This document shows, one piece after another, positions 1-12,648 of a stretch of DNA of 64,000 bases. Numbering within the stretch: the first letter of the stretch is position 1; every line of letters starts with the position of its first letter. The translations under genes were made by a program, and so were the position numbers. The notes under the pieces were generated by a model, which was given only the letters and a program-made list of their open reading frames with translations, had not been told where the DNA came from and searched no databases. This DNA comes from Phoronis australis (taxonomy: Eukaryota; Animalia; Phoronida), in NCBI GenBank assembly GCA_002633005.1, contig NMRA01000055.1, forward strand, positions 1,189,429-1,253,428. The letters run 5' to 3'.

Positions 1-224
1 AATTTTTTAATTCAAATAGCTACATAGTTCAGTTTTGAATGCATTGATGGACAATAATAAAATTTGATATTAACGAAATGCAAAAATTTAATTGGACCCG
101 TCCAATAGACGCGTTGTTCTTGAATGTCTGTTTTTTTTTGGAATACTGATGCAAAAGCCTAGAAATAGACCAAGCTTTGTCATTGATTGCTAGTAAGACA
201 AACTACTGGGATTTTGTTGTTCAG

Positions 225-370
225 GTGGTGACGATGACTTGGAGTACTACATTCGAGAGTGTGGCGACATACTGGGTGTTACAAACAAACTGCCTAAGGA
301 TGCACGTGACGGCCGGCACATCCTGGAGCACATATTTGCCCACGTCGTGGAATTCAAGAAACTCAACCAG
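225..370 (+). CDS. IFT52: Intraflagellar transport protein 52, penultimate coding exon (gene extends left of window)
   Basis: ttgttcag|...|gtaact boundaries. Translates (C)GDDDLEYYIRECGDILGVTNKLPKDARDGRHILEHIFAHVVEFKKLNQ, closely matching the recalled human IFT52 C-terminus KCTEEDLEFYVRKCGDILGVTSKLPKDQQDAKHILEHVFFQVVEFKKLNQ. Confidence 0.92.
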
Positions 371-1199
371 GTAACTGGAGCAACCTAGTAGAATCTCAAA
401 AGTTATATCTAGGTTTTCTATACTCATGGAATCTCAAAAACCCAATGCATGTCTGGTTTGTTGGTAATTAGTTATTAAGAAAAAACTGAAAAGTAGTATC
501 ACTTTTTTTCTGAGATGAATGGTGATGTATTTTTAATTGGTAGTTTGCTAGAAGCAATTATTATAGGGTCTCATTCTGATGCGCTGCATTTCCATAGCGA
601 ATTTGTGCAGTTAAATTTAGGACTTGATTTGCAATTCTGCTTTTAAGGTGCACGTGAGGCGAAGTTTTTGTTTTGGTTAAAGCATAAGGCTATAATTATA
701 TACATAATATTTGCTTTCTAATATTTGGAGTTTGTGACAGCTATTGGTGACTTTCTCATCTGACAAATCCTTTTTGAACATTTTGGACAAGAGAATGTTT
801 TTTCAGTCAGATAACCACCATGTTTCTCTTGAATGTAATGCATCGTATGAATGTTCTTGCAACCAATGCCTTTGTAGTAATCAGGGACCAAGCTTTGAAG
901 GTATAGGTGACAATCGTGTGCAAAATTTCAACTAGCTTTTTCTTCAAATCTCAGTTACCTTTTCCTCATTGGTGTATTAGTAAGCTCTGAAATATTGTTT
1001 GTTTCTACAGATTGATGGTTTCTTTTAATTGTGGTTACATTAAACTCCAACTTGAATTCTGTTATGTCTCCTACTCTATGATGTTCAACACCTTCACATT
1101 TCCTGGAACTCTGTTTCCTGTTTATATTTCTGTGTGAAAGAGGATTTTTGAAAATTAATCTATTTTAACAACTAGAATTATTCAGACAAATTTCTGGTT

Positions 1200-1400
1200 C
1201 CTTGTCATGACTGGTACGATGATTAGCCATTTCTGGCTCAATCATACCAGCCATCAATGATTTGCTGACCAGTCATTGCTGATAGGATGAGCAGTCATTA
1301 GTGGTTCTGTGACCAGTCATTGCTTGAATGATCATAGTCGATGACGAGTCATTACAGATTTGATGACCAGTCAATAATTGTTCAATGACCGGTCATTCCT
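1200..1400. repeat. Degenerate short tandem repeat built on TGACCAGTCAT
   Basis: Recurrent tgaccagtca(t) / atgacnngtcat units within the IFT52 intron. Confidence 0.6.
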
Positions 1401-2407
1401 GCTTGCGCTCAGCAACCATAATGGACAATTCCGTTTATGCTTATTTGTCATAACATGATTATGGATCGTTTTGTCCAATCATTGTAGAGTCTACCTTTTA
1501 TTATATAGTTTTTGAAGAATGCAATTTGTCAAGTAGCCCTAGGTGTTGCCCGACTACAAGAAATTTTGCATGTCACTAATTAGAACAACAAAAGGAGTGC
1601 ACTTTTCCTCAATGTAGTCGGCTATACAGTGTTTTTCTTGTCTCCCCTGTATTTATTTGTCTACACGACATTATGTATAGTGTGTTTCACTGTTATGAAT
1701 AGATGCTGGCTAGTAATCAAGATAAAAGTCCATGACATAACATGTGGTATTTGTTGTAGAACCCTCTATTTGTTCTCGGTTCATCTAGCGTCTACTGTCT
1801 GAATCTTAATCATAGTCGTTCGTCACTGACTGAGTTGCAGATCGGATCATTTCTCGGTCATAGAAAAAAGTGTAAACAAAAACTAATTTAATTATTGAAA
1901 TGATGCTATTTCAATAATAAAACAATTTCTTTGAAAAGGAGTGAAATTTTAATGAACATTATTTTTAATGAACTGATTTTTTTTGTTGGGGCTGGGGAAC
2001 TTGTAAGACACCAAATTTTACTTTTTATCAACTATAGTGAAAAATGCAAATATTTTATGAAGCTGTAAAGTACAGTACACGCCAAAGGAAATCAGTCAAA
2101 TCCTTTTCATTCAAGCTGTTCAAACCTTGAGATCCATGTACTCTCAACTGTCATGAAAAGGAAATTTTCTTGTGACAGGGAATTCTGGGTAATTTTGTCT
2201 TGAATTTGCTGATTTTTGCTGTGAACAGAATGTACCTCTTTTGTTGAGGTTGATCATTCTGTGTTTTAGTTCATTGAAATTAATTAAAAATGGAAAATTA
2301 TTTCCAATATCTTAGTGTTTCTGTATGTTTGTTTTGTTCAAGGAAACGGAAAATGAAAATTGAAGTTATTTGAGACACAATTATATGGATTTACGATTTT
2401 GTTTCAG

Positions 2408-2437
2408 GACCCCGACAATGAAATGCAGTACGGATGA
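2408..2437 (+). CDS. IFT52: IFT52 probable terminal coding exon (DPDNEMQYG*); alternative acceptor at 2343 gives ETENEN*
   Basis: Phase-0 acceptor ttttgtttcag followed by a short acidic tail and TGA. Human IFT52 also ends in a short acidic tail. The choice between the two acceptors is unresolved. Confidence 0.5.
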   Translation, partial: DPDNEMQYG

Positions 2438-5400
2438 ATCTAGTTTAAAGGACAAGGGGAATGTTTCTGAGATGTTACTCTCAGTTTGCTGGTCAAAAAA
2501 CAAGAACTTACAATTTAAATTTGTATATACTAGCTTGTAAATATTCGTTTGTAAGTGGCATCGTATATTTATTGTACATAGAATCACATCTTCAGCGACT
2601 ACCGTCCAGCCTTTTCCTTTACAATTCGCATTTGTTTTGGAGAAGTTATTCTTTAAAAAATTATATCAACCAGTCACTGCTTTATAACATTTACTGCCTT
2701 GTTTTGTTCATTTTACTTGTTTTCAGCCAAATTGATTTGGTTGTTGAAAACTTTGACGGCAACAATGTCTGAGAACAGTCTCGGTTGGACTTGTAACGTG
2801 GTTCGACTGTGGCTTCACACTGTACCACACGATTGTTTTTTGTAAGCATTTTGATCAGAGATCTGATTCATGAAAAGTGACTCTTGAATCAGGTTTTTAG
2901 CTCCTCAGCTGTTTTAATCATATATTAATAAAGTATAAAAATAGTTCCAGGTGATCACTACAGTGGGCCCACATGTGCGGCCTGCGCACTTCTGGTACGT
3001 GTATCAGTTTGCCTGCAATTATTTTTTTATTATAATTCTCGGTGATTATATTCTTTTGTTAGAGTAAGAATTAATTATTTTTCAGATAGTTTGGAGCACT
3101 AAACTACATTTCTGTCTGAAGTCACTTTTCGTGAAACAGATGTGATTGTGGTCATTTTCTGTTGTCACCAAAGCTATAAATGTTGAATTTTTTGTTGCAA
3201 TTCTGAGTTCTTATTGTTCTGTGATTGTATTCAACGTCATTTTCTGTTCTATGCATTTTAGGTGTCAAGAAATAAATTTATTTAATGTACGTGCAAATTG
3301 TCCACTTTACCTTGAAGGGTTTGTTGTAACGTGGTTTGATAGCAGTGTCTCACAATGCATGGAAATCAACACTTGCTAGACAAAGTATTTGGATACAACA
3401 TGTAATAAAATGAAAGTTTTTAAACCTTATGTGTAAGACACTGACAGAGCTATGCAACCATTATGTAACTCAGTCAAAGGAAAGTGAAAGGTAATGATCA
3501 ACTCTTCGAATTGAATGACTGTCGTACATGCCAGTAATTTTAGTCTATGTCCCTATACCATCAACCTTCACTTATAACTGTAATGGGATGCTTCTCATGT
3601 GTAGTATGAAATGACCATTTCTTCATCACGAAATAAAGTAATGAGCCATCATGACAGAGTCATTTTAGCTAATTTTGTGGTGATTTCCACTAGCACTCCC
3701 AACACCATGAATGGAATTCGTTTGTGATCAGCTGTCAACATCGAATTCCTCAGAATTTTGCCTGGCTACCTGTGATGCGGACTGTATATGAAATGCATGA
3801 AGGGAAAATTTGACATATCCGCTAGCAGACGTGCATTCAATTTTACTCAATTACAAATGAAAAGTATATAAGGATGTACTTAAAACAAGACTGACATCCA
3901 GTTTAAGGCGTGAACATTGTACATGTTCTCAAGGCGTCACGTGCTAGTCATATAATTCAGCTTAGGTGCATGGAAAATTCTTGGTCAAAAATTTCATTTA
4001 AAAGAAGTTATTTTGAATAAGGGCATCTGCCGGGACACGCTAAAACAGAGACACCAAGTGTTGAACACGTAAACTAAACGCAATCAAGATACTGCAGTAC
4101 CTGAACTTGCCTTAAAGTTGTGAGCAAACTTTTGTACAAGGCTTTTAATACAACAAGAGCAATGTTAAACTGAGAAATTTTTTTACAATAATACGGATAT
4201 AACCATTATATTTTCTATGTTTCACAAGAACTACATAGAAATAATATCAACAAAACATCTACAAAATAATAATAAGTGTACAAAGACCCAATTTAAAGAC
4301 CAATTAAAACAGATGAGGTAAATACTACTATGAATTGATTAAAAATGACCTAGAAATTTTCTAAATTATTTGTGTACATGACAGTAAAATGAAAAGAATA
4401 AATAGTGTTGAGCACATTACATAATGAAAACTTGAAATGTTTAACAATGGAAACACTTAACACTAAGCTCTTTACATGGTGATTTCAGCAGTTTTCCACT
4501 CGTTTACAGTAACAACACTTGGTAACAATTAACACCTGGTCCAGTATTAACATATCAGCAGCTTTCACTCAACGGTTCATTTGAGCTACAAGTGTACAGC
4601 ATGAAAAGATGTAAAATACAATCAATTTTTTACTTGGCTTCAACATATTTATCATAAATGAGAAATTTCATAGCAACAGGTAATAATGTCTGAGTGCTGC
4701 AGACTACTTGAAACAAATACAAAAGTTAGTATGCTTGGTTTGGAGAAGCTAGGTTCTGAATCTTAGCTTTCAAACAAATTTAACTCGAGAGCTCACAGGC
4801 AATATACAGTACATATCAAAATGAGAATAGGCTCACAGAAGTCAGTGTGGCTTATTGTACATGCCAATAATTATAATCATGTGAATGCGAGATCATAATT
4901 TTTAATATGTCATTTCAAAGCCGTTTTGATTCAATTAAGAACAAACCAGTTTGCACGGCACATAAAACAAACACATGCAACACAGAATTAATGCAGAAGA
5001 CAAATTTACGGGTGCATGGATTGGGCTTAGACCCAATGGCTGTTAACAAATACTCAAACTGCCCGACTAGAGAGTGAACTTTGTATACTGCCTGCCACTA
5101 TAACCATGACCATACGAACAAGATTTGACCAGAAAACATGCCATAGAAACACTACAATCAATGTGTCACTCAATGGGGCACTATCCTACTATAGTAATTC
5201 TGCCTTTGAGAAAATGCATCCCTTAAAGGGAAACATAACCCTCAGAGTAAAATCACATAATGATCAGTGACCACAGAGTGGCATCACTTTAATTGTCACA
5301 CAACAACATTAGGCAGCTGAGAAAACTACAGTGAGTACCGCTGATAAGTGAATGCTGGTCAAATGACCAATATTGGAGTGGCAGCATTACACTAAGCGTG

Positions 5401-5506
5401 ACAAAATAAATGGCAGTTCTCCAACGTCAGTTCACATTTTATTTTAATGCCAGTTTTGAGCGCTTGAAATTTATTTATAATGTCTGTTTCCTAGTAACAT
5501 AGGGAC

Positions 5507-5646
5507 TCAGTGGGGTAAGATGAGACAGTGGTTGGACAGTGGTGGTTGCCACTTGGCATCTTTGTAGACCTTGGACTGTTCGAAAGACTTCAGTGTTAAT
5601 TCATCCGAGTGAGGACCAGACTTACTCTTCACTTCCAAATACATTC
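5507..5646 (-). CDS. SAMD15: Duplicate SAMD15 exon 4 (allelic or duplicated copy)
   Basis: Same translation as 9893-10032: MYLEVKSKSGPHSDELTLKSFEQSKVYKDAKWQPPLSNHCLILPH*; acceptor intact. Confidence 0.7.
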
Positions 5647-6903
5647 CTGTAAAGAAAGGCTGACTTTTAAACATATCTGATATGTTGCATGCTCATAAAT
5701 ATTCTCTCAAACACACTGGCCATGAAGACTAATTATAACTAGGCTGGTTAGAAAATTTGACTGAGTCCAGTATTTTTAACACAATATTTGACAGGATTTA
5801 AAGGCCTATACCATGGGTGGCACAGCACTGAAAAAAGTGGGGGCTATAACCCCCCAGCCCCCCTTTGATTCACCGCCCATAGGTCATGGGCACCGGAGCA
5901 CTGAAACAAATGGGGGAAGCCCCCTATGGCACGCCGTCCATGTATACATGTATCAGTATATTAAGAAGTCCATAAGCAGGGTAGTGACGGATTTGTGATC
6001 CTATATTATGCTGCCACAGAGCATCTTCTCTAAGTTAAGGCTCGTTGTTCCTTTAAAATGAGAATCAAAGGTGGTTACACCAGAGAGTACACTAGACATT
6101 TGAAATGAGTTGCAGTTGGGCATCAACTTTAATATTGTATCAATTTTCCAATGGTATTTAGTATACAGCTCTGCCCAAAGGCTATAGTTATGACAATACT
6201 TTACCCGAGTTATACTAGAACGGGTTTTTTTACTTGATTAACATGTCAAATTGGAAAAAATTGTTGTATTTTGTTGTAAAATTGATACAGTGAATAAATT
6301 TATAATTACTTACATCAAAATGTGCAACGTGGTTGGTTTTTGGCTAGATTTATATTTTAAATGTTGACCTTCTTTCAATTCTTTAAATATCATCATCACA
6401 AACTAAGTGGTGGGGTAGTCAAGATTCAATCCGTGGCGGTCATGCTTCCGTCTCCAGCATATCTGTTTTGTGCAGAGGAGGTCATATTTTTATAGGTGCC
6501 TCATTTCCATTTTCTGGTCTGGCGGTCCTGTTTTGTGGTGAGTTGGTCAGATTTGGACAACCGGCGGTCATATTTTGGGTACGGCAGTCATGTTGTTTCT
6601 CACCCGATAGTACCCATAATGGATAACAATTTTGCGGACGGTTGCAGATCATGGATGTCGTTCATACATAACAGTTAATTGACATTGACATGCAAGGTGA
6701 GTGAAACAGTTGTTTGTGATCCTTTCTCTTACTCCTACAACTGTTTCAGTTGGCCTGTGTAAGCAAACACTGCTTAAGAAAAGGTTTATGGTCCTACGTG
6801 AAAAGATACTTGTTTTATTACACTCTATGGATAACTGAATAGCTGAGCCCTGCATGCCATATTCCACAGAAAGTCTGATGAGCGAAGGCTGTAAATGACT
6901 AAC

Positions 6904-6991
6904 CCAAGTCTTCCCTCGGAGGTATTGAGATACTTCTGAACCAGTCTGGGTCTTCAACACCAAGCATCTCTCGTATATTTTTAGTAATAAC
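6904..6991 (-). CDS. SAMD15: Duplicate SAMD15 exon 3 (allelic or duplicated copy)
   Basis: VITKNIREMLGVEDPDWFRSISIPPREDL+G; splice sites intact; one N/S difference from 11314-11401. Confidence 0.7.
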
Positions 6992-7284
6992 CTGGAATAT
7001 AAACCGGTCATGTGACATATAAGCAATTACTGGATTAAGGAAAGGTGAGTCTGTAAACGAAACTTCCCCATTACCAAACTGTATGTTCCAATGAATAAGC
7101 AACGATAAATGAAAACTTCATGTGACACACAATCATGTAGTATCCAAGTTTACAAACTTTATCTTTATAAATCTATAGTAAGTTAAAGACCATGGGGTCA
7201 CGCAACCACTGATAAAAAATAGAACAACAATTATCCACTTATTTCACACAAAAACAACTGTTATTTTTTAATTTTTCAAAAGCN

Positions 7285-7869
7285 TAGTTTTGAAGAGAAA
7301 CTGCTGTGAAAAAGTCACTCTTGACTTCTGTGCATCACGTACCATACACCTCTTATTTTTGGAGCACTCCCACCCAGGACAACATGAATATGTGCTGCTA
7401 GCCTACCCGGCATCGGGTGAGTTTCCAAAAAGAAACACTTAGTTCGACTCAATAAAGCTGTTATTCAGTGGGGTAACTGGTGGGGATAACATCACCGAAC
7501 GATGTTGATAGAAACTGATTGCTAAAAACTTACCAAGTAATGTTGTGTAGTCTTTGAATGGAACTGCATAGTCATAGAGACATAGAGCTCACACGGGGCT
7601 TGAGCATTCACGCACTTTTTGTCAGTTAGTTGACCTTGTTGACCGCAATTGTCCACGAATATAGTAACCTTAGGTCTTTTGAGAATTTGTGGCCACCTGT
7701 CGAAGACTTGCACCAGGGAAATTAGCAGTAATGAGGCTTAGCGCGACGACGTATTTTGATAAAAATTCCATCTTTTACCATTTGTTTACATGCAGACAGC
7801 CACGCATGCGCAATTTAATCACCACTAGTACAGCAGCGACACCGCGAGGAGAATTCTCCGAATAGCCCC
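7285..7869. mobile_element. End of a DNA transposon (TIR GGGGCTATTCGGA on - strand), ISL2EU/PHIS-like, truncated by gap
   Basis: Terminus atcaccactagtaca...tccgaatagcccc is shared with 30012-30066. Absent from the other copy of the duplication, whose empty site is AATTG. Superfamily is inferred from the GG-start TIR and AT-centred target. Confidence 0.55.
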
Positions 7870-9892
7870 ATTGAATGACTGTCGTACATGCCAGTAATTT
7901 TAGTCTATGTCCCTATACCATCAACCTTCACTTATAACTGTAATGGGATGCTTCTCATGTGTAGTATGAAATGACCGTTTCTTCATCATGAAATAAAGTA
8001 ATGAGCCATCATGACAGAGTCATTTTAGCTAATCCTGTGGTGATTTCCACTAGCACTCCAACAGCATGAATGGAATTCGTTTGTGATCAGCTGTCAACAT
8101 CGAATTCCTCATAATTTTGCCTGGCTACCTGTGATGCGGACCGTATATGAAACGCATGAAGGGAAAATTTGACATATCTGCTAGCAGACGTGCATTCAAT
8201 TTTACTCAATTACAAATGAAAAGTAAATAATAAGGATGTATTTAAAACAAGAGTAACATCCAGTTTAAGGCGTGAACATTGTACATGTTCTCAAGGCGCC
8301 ACGTGCTAGCCATATAAGTCAGCTTAGGTGCATGGAAAATTCTTGGTCAAAAATTTCATTTGCCGGGACACGCTAAAACAGAGACACCAAGTGTCGAACA
8401 CATAAACTAAACGCAATCAAGATACTGCAGTAGTAGTACCTGAACTTGCCTTAACGTTGTGAGCAAACTTTTGTACAAGGCTTTTAATAAAACAAGAGCA
8501 ATGTTAAACTGAGAAAATTTTTTTACAATAATACGGATATAACCATTATATTTTCTATGTTTCACAAGAACTACATAGAAATAATATCAACAAAACATCT
8601 ACAAAATAATAAAAAGTGTACAAAGACCCAATTTAAAGACCAATTAAAACAGATGAGGTAAATACTACTATGAATTGATTAAAAATGACCTAGAAATTTT
8701 CTAAATTATTTGTGTACATGACAGTAAAATGAAAAGAATAAATAGTGTTGAGCACATTACATAATGAAAACTTGAAATGTTTAACAATGGAAACACTTAA
8801 CACTAAGCTCTTTCACTGAGAAAAGATCACATGGTGATTTCAGCAGTTTTCCACTCGTTTACAGTAACAACACTTGATAACAATTATCACCTGGTCCAGT
8901 ATTAACATATCAGCAGCTTTCACTCAACGGTTAATTTGAGCTACAAGTGTACAGCATGAAAAGATGTAAAATACAATCAATTTTTTACTTGGCTTCAACA
9001 TATTTATCATAAATGAGAAATTTCATAGCAACAGGTAATAATGTCTGAGTGCTGCAGACTACTTGAAACAAATACAAAATTTCGTACGCTTGGTTTGGAG
9101 AAGCTAGGTTCTGAATCTTAGCTTTCAAACAAATTTAACTCGAGAGCTCACAGGCAATATACAGTACATATCAAAATGAGTACAGGCTCACAGAAGTCAG
9201 TGTGGCTTATTGTACATGCCAATAATTATAATCATGTGAATGCGAGATCATAATTTTTAATATGTCATTTCAAAGCCGTTTTGATTCAATTAAGAACAAA
9301 CCAGTTTGCACAGCACATAAAACTAACACAGGCAATACAGCATAAATGCAGAAGGCAAATTTACGGGTGCATGGATTGGGCTTAGACCCCTTTGGCTGTT
9401 AACAAATACTCAAAGTGTATGACTAGAGACTGAACTTTGTATACTGCCTGCCACTATAACCATGACCATACGAACAAGATTTGACCAGAAAACATGCCAT
9501 AGAAACACTACAATCAATGTGTCACTCAATGGGGCACTATCCTACCATAGTAATTCTGCCTTTGAGAAAATGCATCCCTTAAAGGGAAACATAACCCTCA
9601 GAGTAAAATCCCATAATGATCAGTGACCACAGTTTGGTATCACTTTAACTGTCACACAATAACATTAGGCAGCTGAGAAAACTACAGTGTGTACCGCTGA
9701 TAAGTGAATGCTGGTCAAATAACCAATATTGGAGTGGCAGCAATACACTACACTTTCACAACTGCTTTCGATAACAAATGTGACAAAATAAATGGCAGTT
9801 CTCCAACTTCAGTTCACATTTTATTTTAATGCCTAACAGTTTTGAGCGCTTGAAATTTATTTATAATGTCTGTTTCCTAGTAACATAGTGAC

Positions 9893-10032
9893 TCAGTGGG
9901 GTAAGATGAGACAGTGGTTGGACAGTGGTGGTTGCCACTTGGCATCTTTGTAGACCTTGGACTGTTCGAAAGACTTCAGTGTTAATTCATCCGAGTGGGG
10001 ACCAGACTTACTCTTCACTTCCAAATACATTC
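9893..10032 (-). CDS. SAMD15: SAMD15 exon 4 (terminal)
   Basis: Acceptor ctttacag|GA; (G)MYLEVKSKSGPHSDELTLKSF...LILPH*, similar to human SAMD15 [22 protein letters not shown]. Confidence 0.9.
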
Positions 10033-11313
10033 CTGTAAAGAAAGGCTGACTTTTAAACATATCTGATATGCTGTATGCTCATAAATATTCTCTCAAACAC
10101 ACTTCCATGAAGACTAATTATAACTAGGCTGGTTAGAAAATTTGACTGAGTCCAGCATTTTTAACATTATAATATTTGACAGAATTTAAAGGCCTATACC
10201 ATGGGTGGCGCAGCACTGAAAAAAGTGGGGCTATAACCCCCCAGCCCCCCTTTGATTCACCGCCCATAGGCCATATGGGCACCGGAGCACTGAAAAAAGT
10301 GGGGTACTATAGCCCCCCAGCCCCCTATGGCACGCCGTCCATGTATACATATATCAGTATATCAAGAAGTCCATAAGCAGGGTAATCACAGATATGTGAT
10401 CCTATATTATGCTGTCACAGAGCATCTTCTCCAGGTTAAGGCACATTGGACCTTTAAAATGGGAATCAAAGGTGGTTACACCAGAGAGTACACTTGACAT
10501 TTGAAATGAGTTGCAGACCGGCATCAACTTTAATATTGTATCAATTCTCCAACGGTATTTAATATACAACTCTGCCCAAAGGCTATAGTTATGACATGAT
10601 ACTTTACCCGAGAACCATTCAGTTATACTAAAACGGGTTTTTTACTTGATTAATACGTAAAACTGGAAAAAAAAATTGTTGTATTTTGTTGTAAAACTAA
10701 TACAATGAATAAATTTATGATTATTTGGCTCAAAATGTAATGTGGTTGGTTTTTGGTTAGATTTATATTTTAAATGTTGACATTTCAATTCTTTAAATAT
10801 CATCATCACAATTAAGTGGTGGGGGTAGTCAAGTTTCAATCCCTGGCGGTCATGTTTCCGTCTCCAGCCAATCTGTTTTGTTTTGAGGAGGTCATGTTTT
10901 TATCGGTGCCTCGTTTCCATCTTCTGGTCCGGCGGTCCTGTTTTGTCGTGAGTTGGTCCGATTTGGACAACCGGCGGTCATATTTTGGGTACGGCAGTCA
11001 TGTTGTTTCTCACTCGATAGTACCCATAATGGATAACAATTTTGTGGACGGTTGCAGATCAAGGCTGTCGTTCATACATAACAGGTAATTGACATTGACA
11101 TGCAAGGTGAGTGAAACAGTTGTTTGTGATCCCTTCTCTTACTCCTACAACTGTTTCAGTTGGCCTGTGTAAGCAAACACTGCTTAAGAAAAGGTTTATG
11201 GTCCTACGTGAAAAGATACTTGTTTTATTACACTCTATGGATAACTGAATAGCTGAGCCCTGCATGCCATATTCCACAGAAAGTCTGATGAGCGAAGGCT
11301 GTAAATGACTAAC

Positions 11314-11401
11314 CCAAGTCTTCCCTTGGAGGTATTGAGATACTTCTGAACCAGTCTGGGTCTTCAACACCAAGCATCTCTCGTATACTTTTAGTAATAA
11401 C
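11314..11401 (-). CDS. SAMD15: SAMD15 exon 3
   Basis: ttccag|GTT...TTGG|gttagt; VITKSIREMLGVEDPDWFRSISIPPREDL, similar to human [27 protein letters not shown]. Confidence 0.9.
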
Positions 11402-12549
11402 CTGGAATATAAACCGGTCATGTGACATGTAAGCAATTACTGGATTAAGGAAAGGTCAGTCTGTAAACAAAACTTATTTCCCCATTACCAAACTGAATGT
11501 TCCAGTGAATAAGCAACGATAAATGAAAACTTCGTGTGACACACAATCATGTAGTATCCAAAGTTTACAAACTTTATCTTTAAATCTATAGTAACTTAAA
11601 GGCTATGGGGTCATGCAACCACTGATCAAAAATAGAACGACAATTCTCCACTTATTCCACACAAAAACAATTGGCAAACTGTTATTTTTTAATTTTTCAA
11701 AAGCTGATAACGTTTTGTAAACAATGTGAATTTTAGCAAAATGTTATTTCATGACATCATTGCAAACTAAAATCCATACTTAAGAGTAATAGACTAAAAT
11801 GTTGGTCGTCTAACTCTTGTGGAGAAATTTAACACAACGGAATTTCATTTACCGGCTCTGATGTGTTAAAAAAGTGAGGAATAACCATAAGTGACCAGAT
11901 CCAAATAGAGATACACTGAACACTGATTTCAAAATTTGCAGTACATCTGAGCAGCTGTTCTCACACGGAGAGTTTTCATAATGACACTCTCTAGAATAAT
12001 GAAAGCAGGAAAACGAGTTCCGCTTGATCCTAACTCAGATTTAGTGGACATAAACTCAATTACATTGTGGTTCATTAATAAAAATCAGAGAAATAAATTC
12101 CACTGTCAGTCCATCCCATATTGTTTCATTAGTTTAGTTCACTAATTTATTTCAACAGTTTGACATGGCTGGGATTAAAATTCTACCAATGGCTTGGTCA
12201 CAGATACTTTTTCACATTGAGAAATGTATGAAACACGATGTCCTTGCTCATCCACTGATATTTCAAAAGGCTTGCCTTTTTTCATGGTATTAATACATCC
12301 CACCATACACATTAGTGGAAGTTTGCCAGGCTGACGATAATAGGAAGGACGTACATGCTCTTGATACCAGTAGGTTGAAACCTTATGTCAGCATTACATG
12401 AGATCTATAGGTGGCGCTGAATGCATGTCCACCAAAGACCTGGTCGTTGACTGGTGAGATTATATGGCATGGCTATTTCGGAATTTATCTATTACATTAA
12501 CAAACTTATGTTGATGCTTTGAGGCAAATTAAAATGTTGGCAATTGTAC

Positions 12550-12648
12550 CTTTATGTGCTCAAAATCTGTTACGCCGATTTTGGGGAGAGCTGAGGCCTC
12601 CATGATTATAAGCTTCCTTCCATTCACAAGATTTGAAGCAAAACAGTC
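12550..12648 (-). CDS. SAMD15: SAMD15 exon 2 (SAM domain core)
   Basis: cttacag|GAC...AAG|gtacaa; DCFASNLVNGRKLIIMEASALPKIGVTDFEHIK, similar to human [33 protein letters not shown]. Confidence 0.92.

Larger units (their letters stand above)
3510..7283. repeat. Copy 1 of ~3.8-kb near-identical duplication (SAMD15 exons 3-4 plus 3' region); probable allelic haplotig
   Basis: Colinear with 7870-11704 with scattered SNPs and indels. Ends exactly at the N at 7284. Confidence 0.9.
7870..11704. repeat. Copy 2 of ~3.8-kb duplication (contiguous with the rest of SAMD15)
   Basis: Colinear with 3510-7283. Confidence 0.9.

Noticed and set aside
6649-7026. Duplicated 125-aa minus-strand ORF (also 11059-11436)
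   Set aside because: Off-frame overlap of SAMD15 exon 3 plus intron; it repeats only because of the block duplication.
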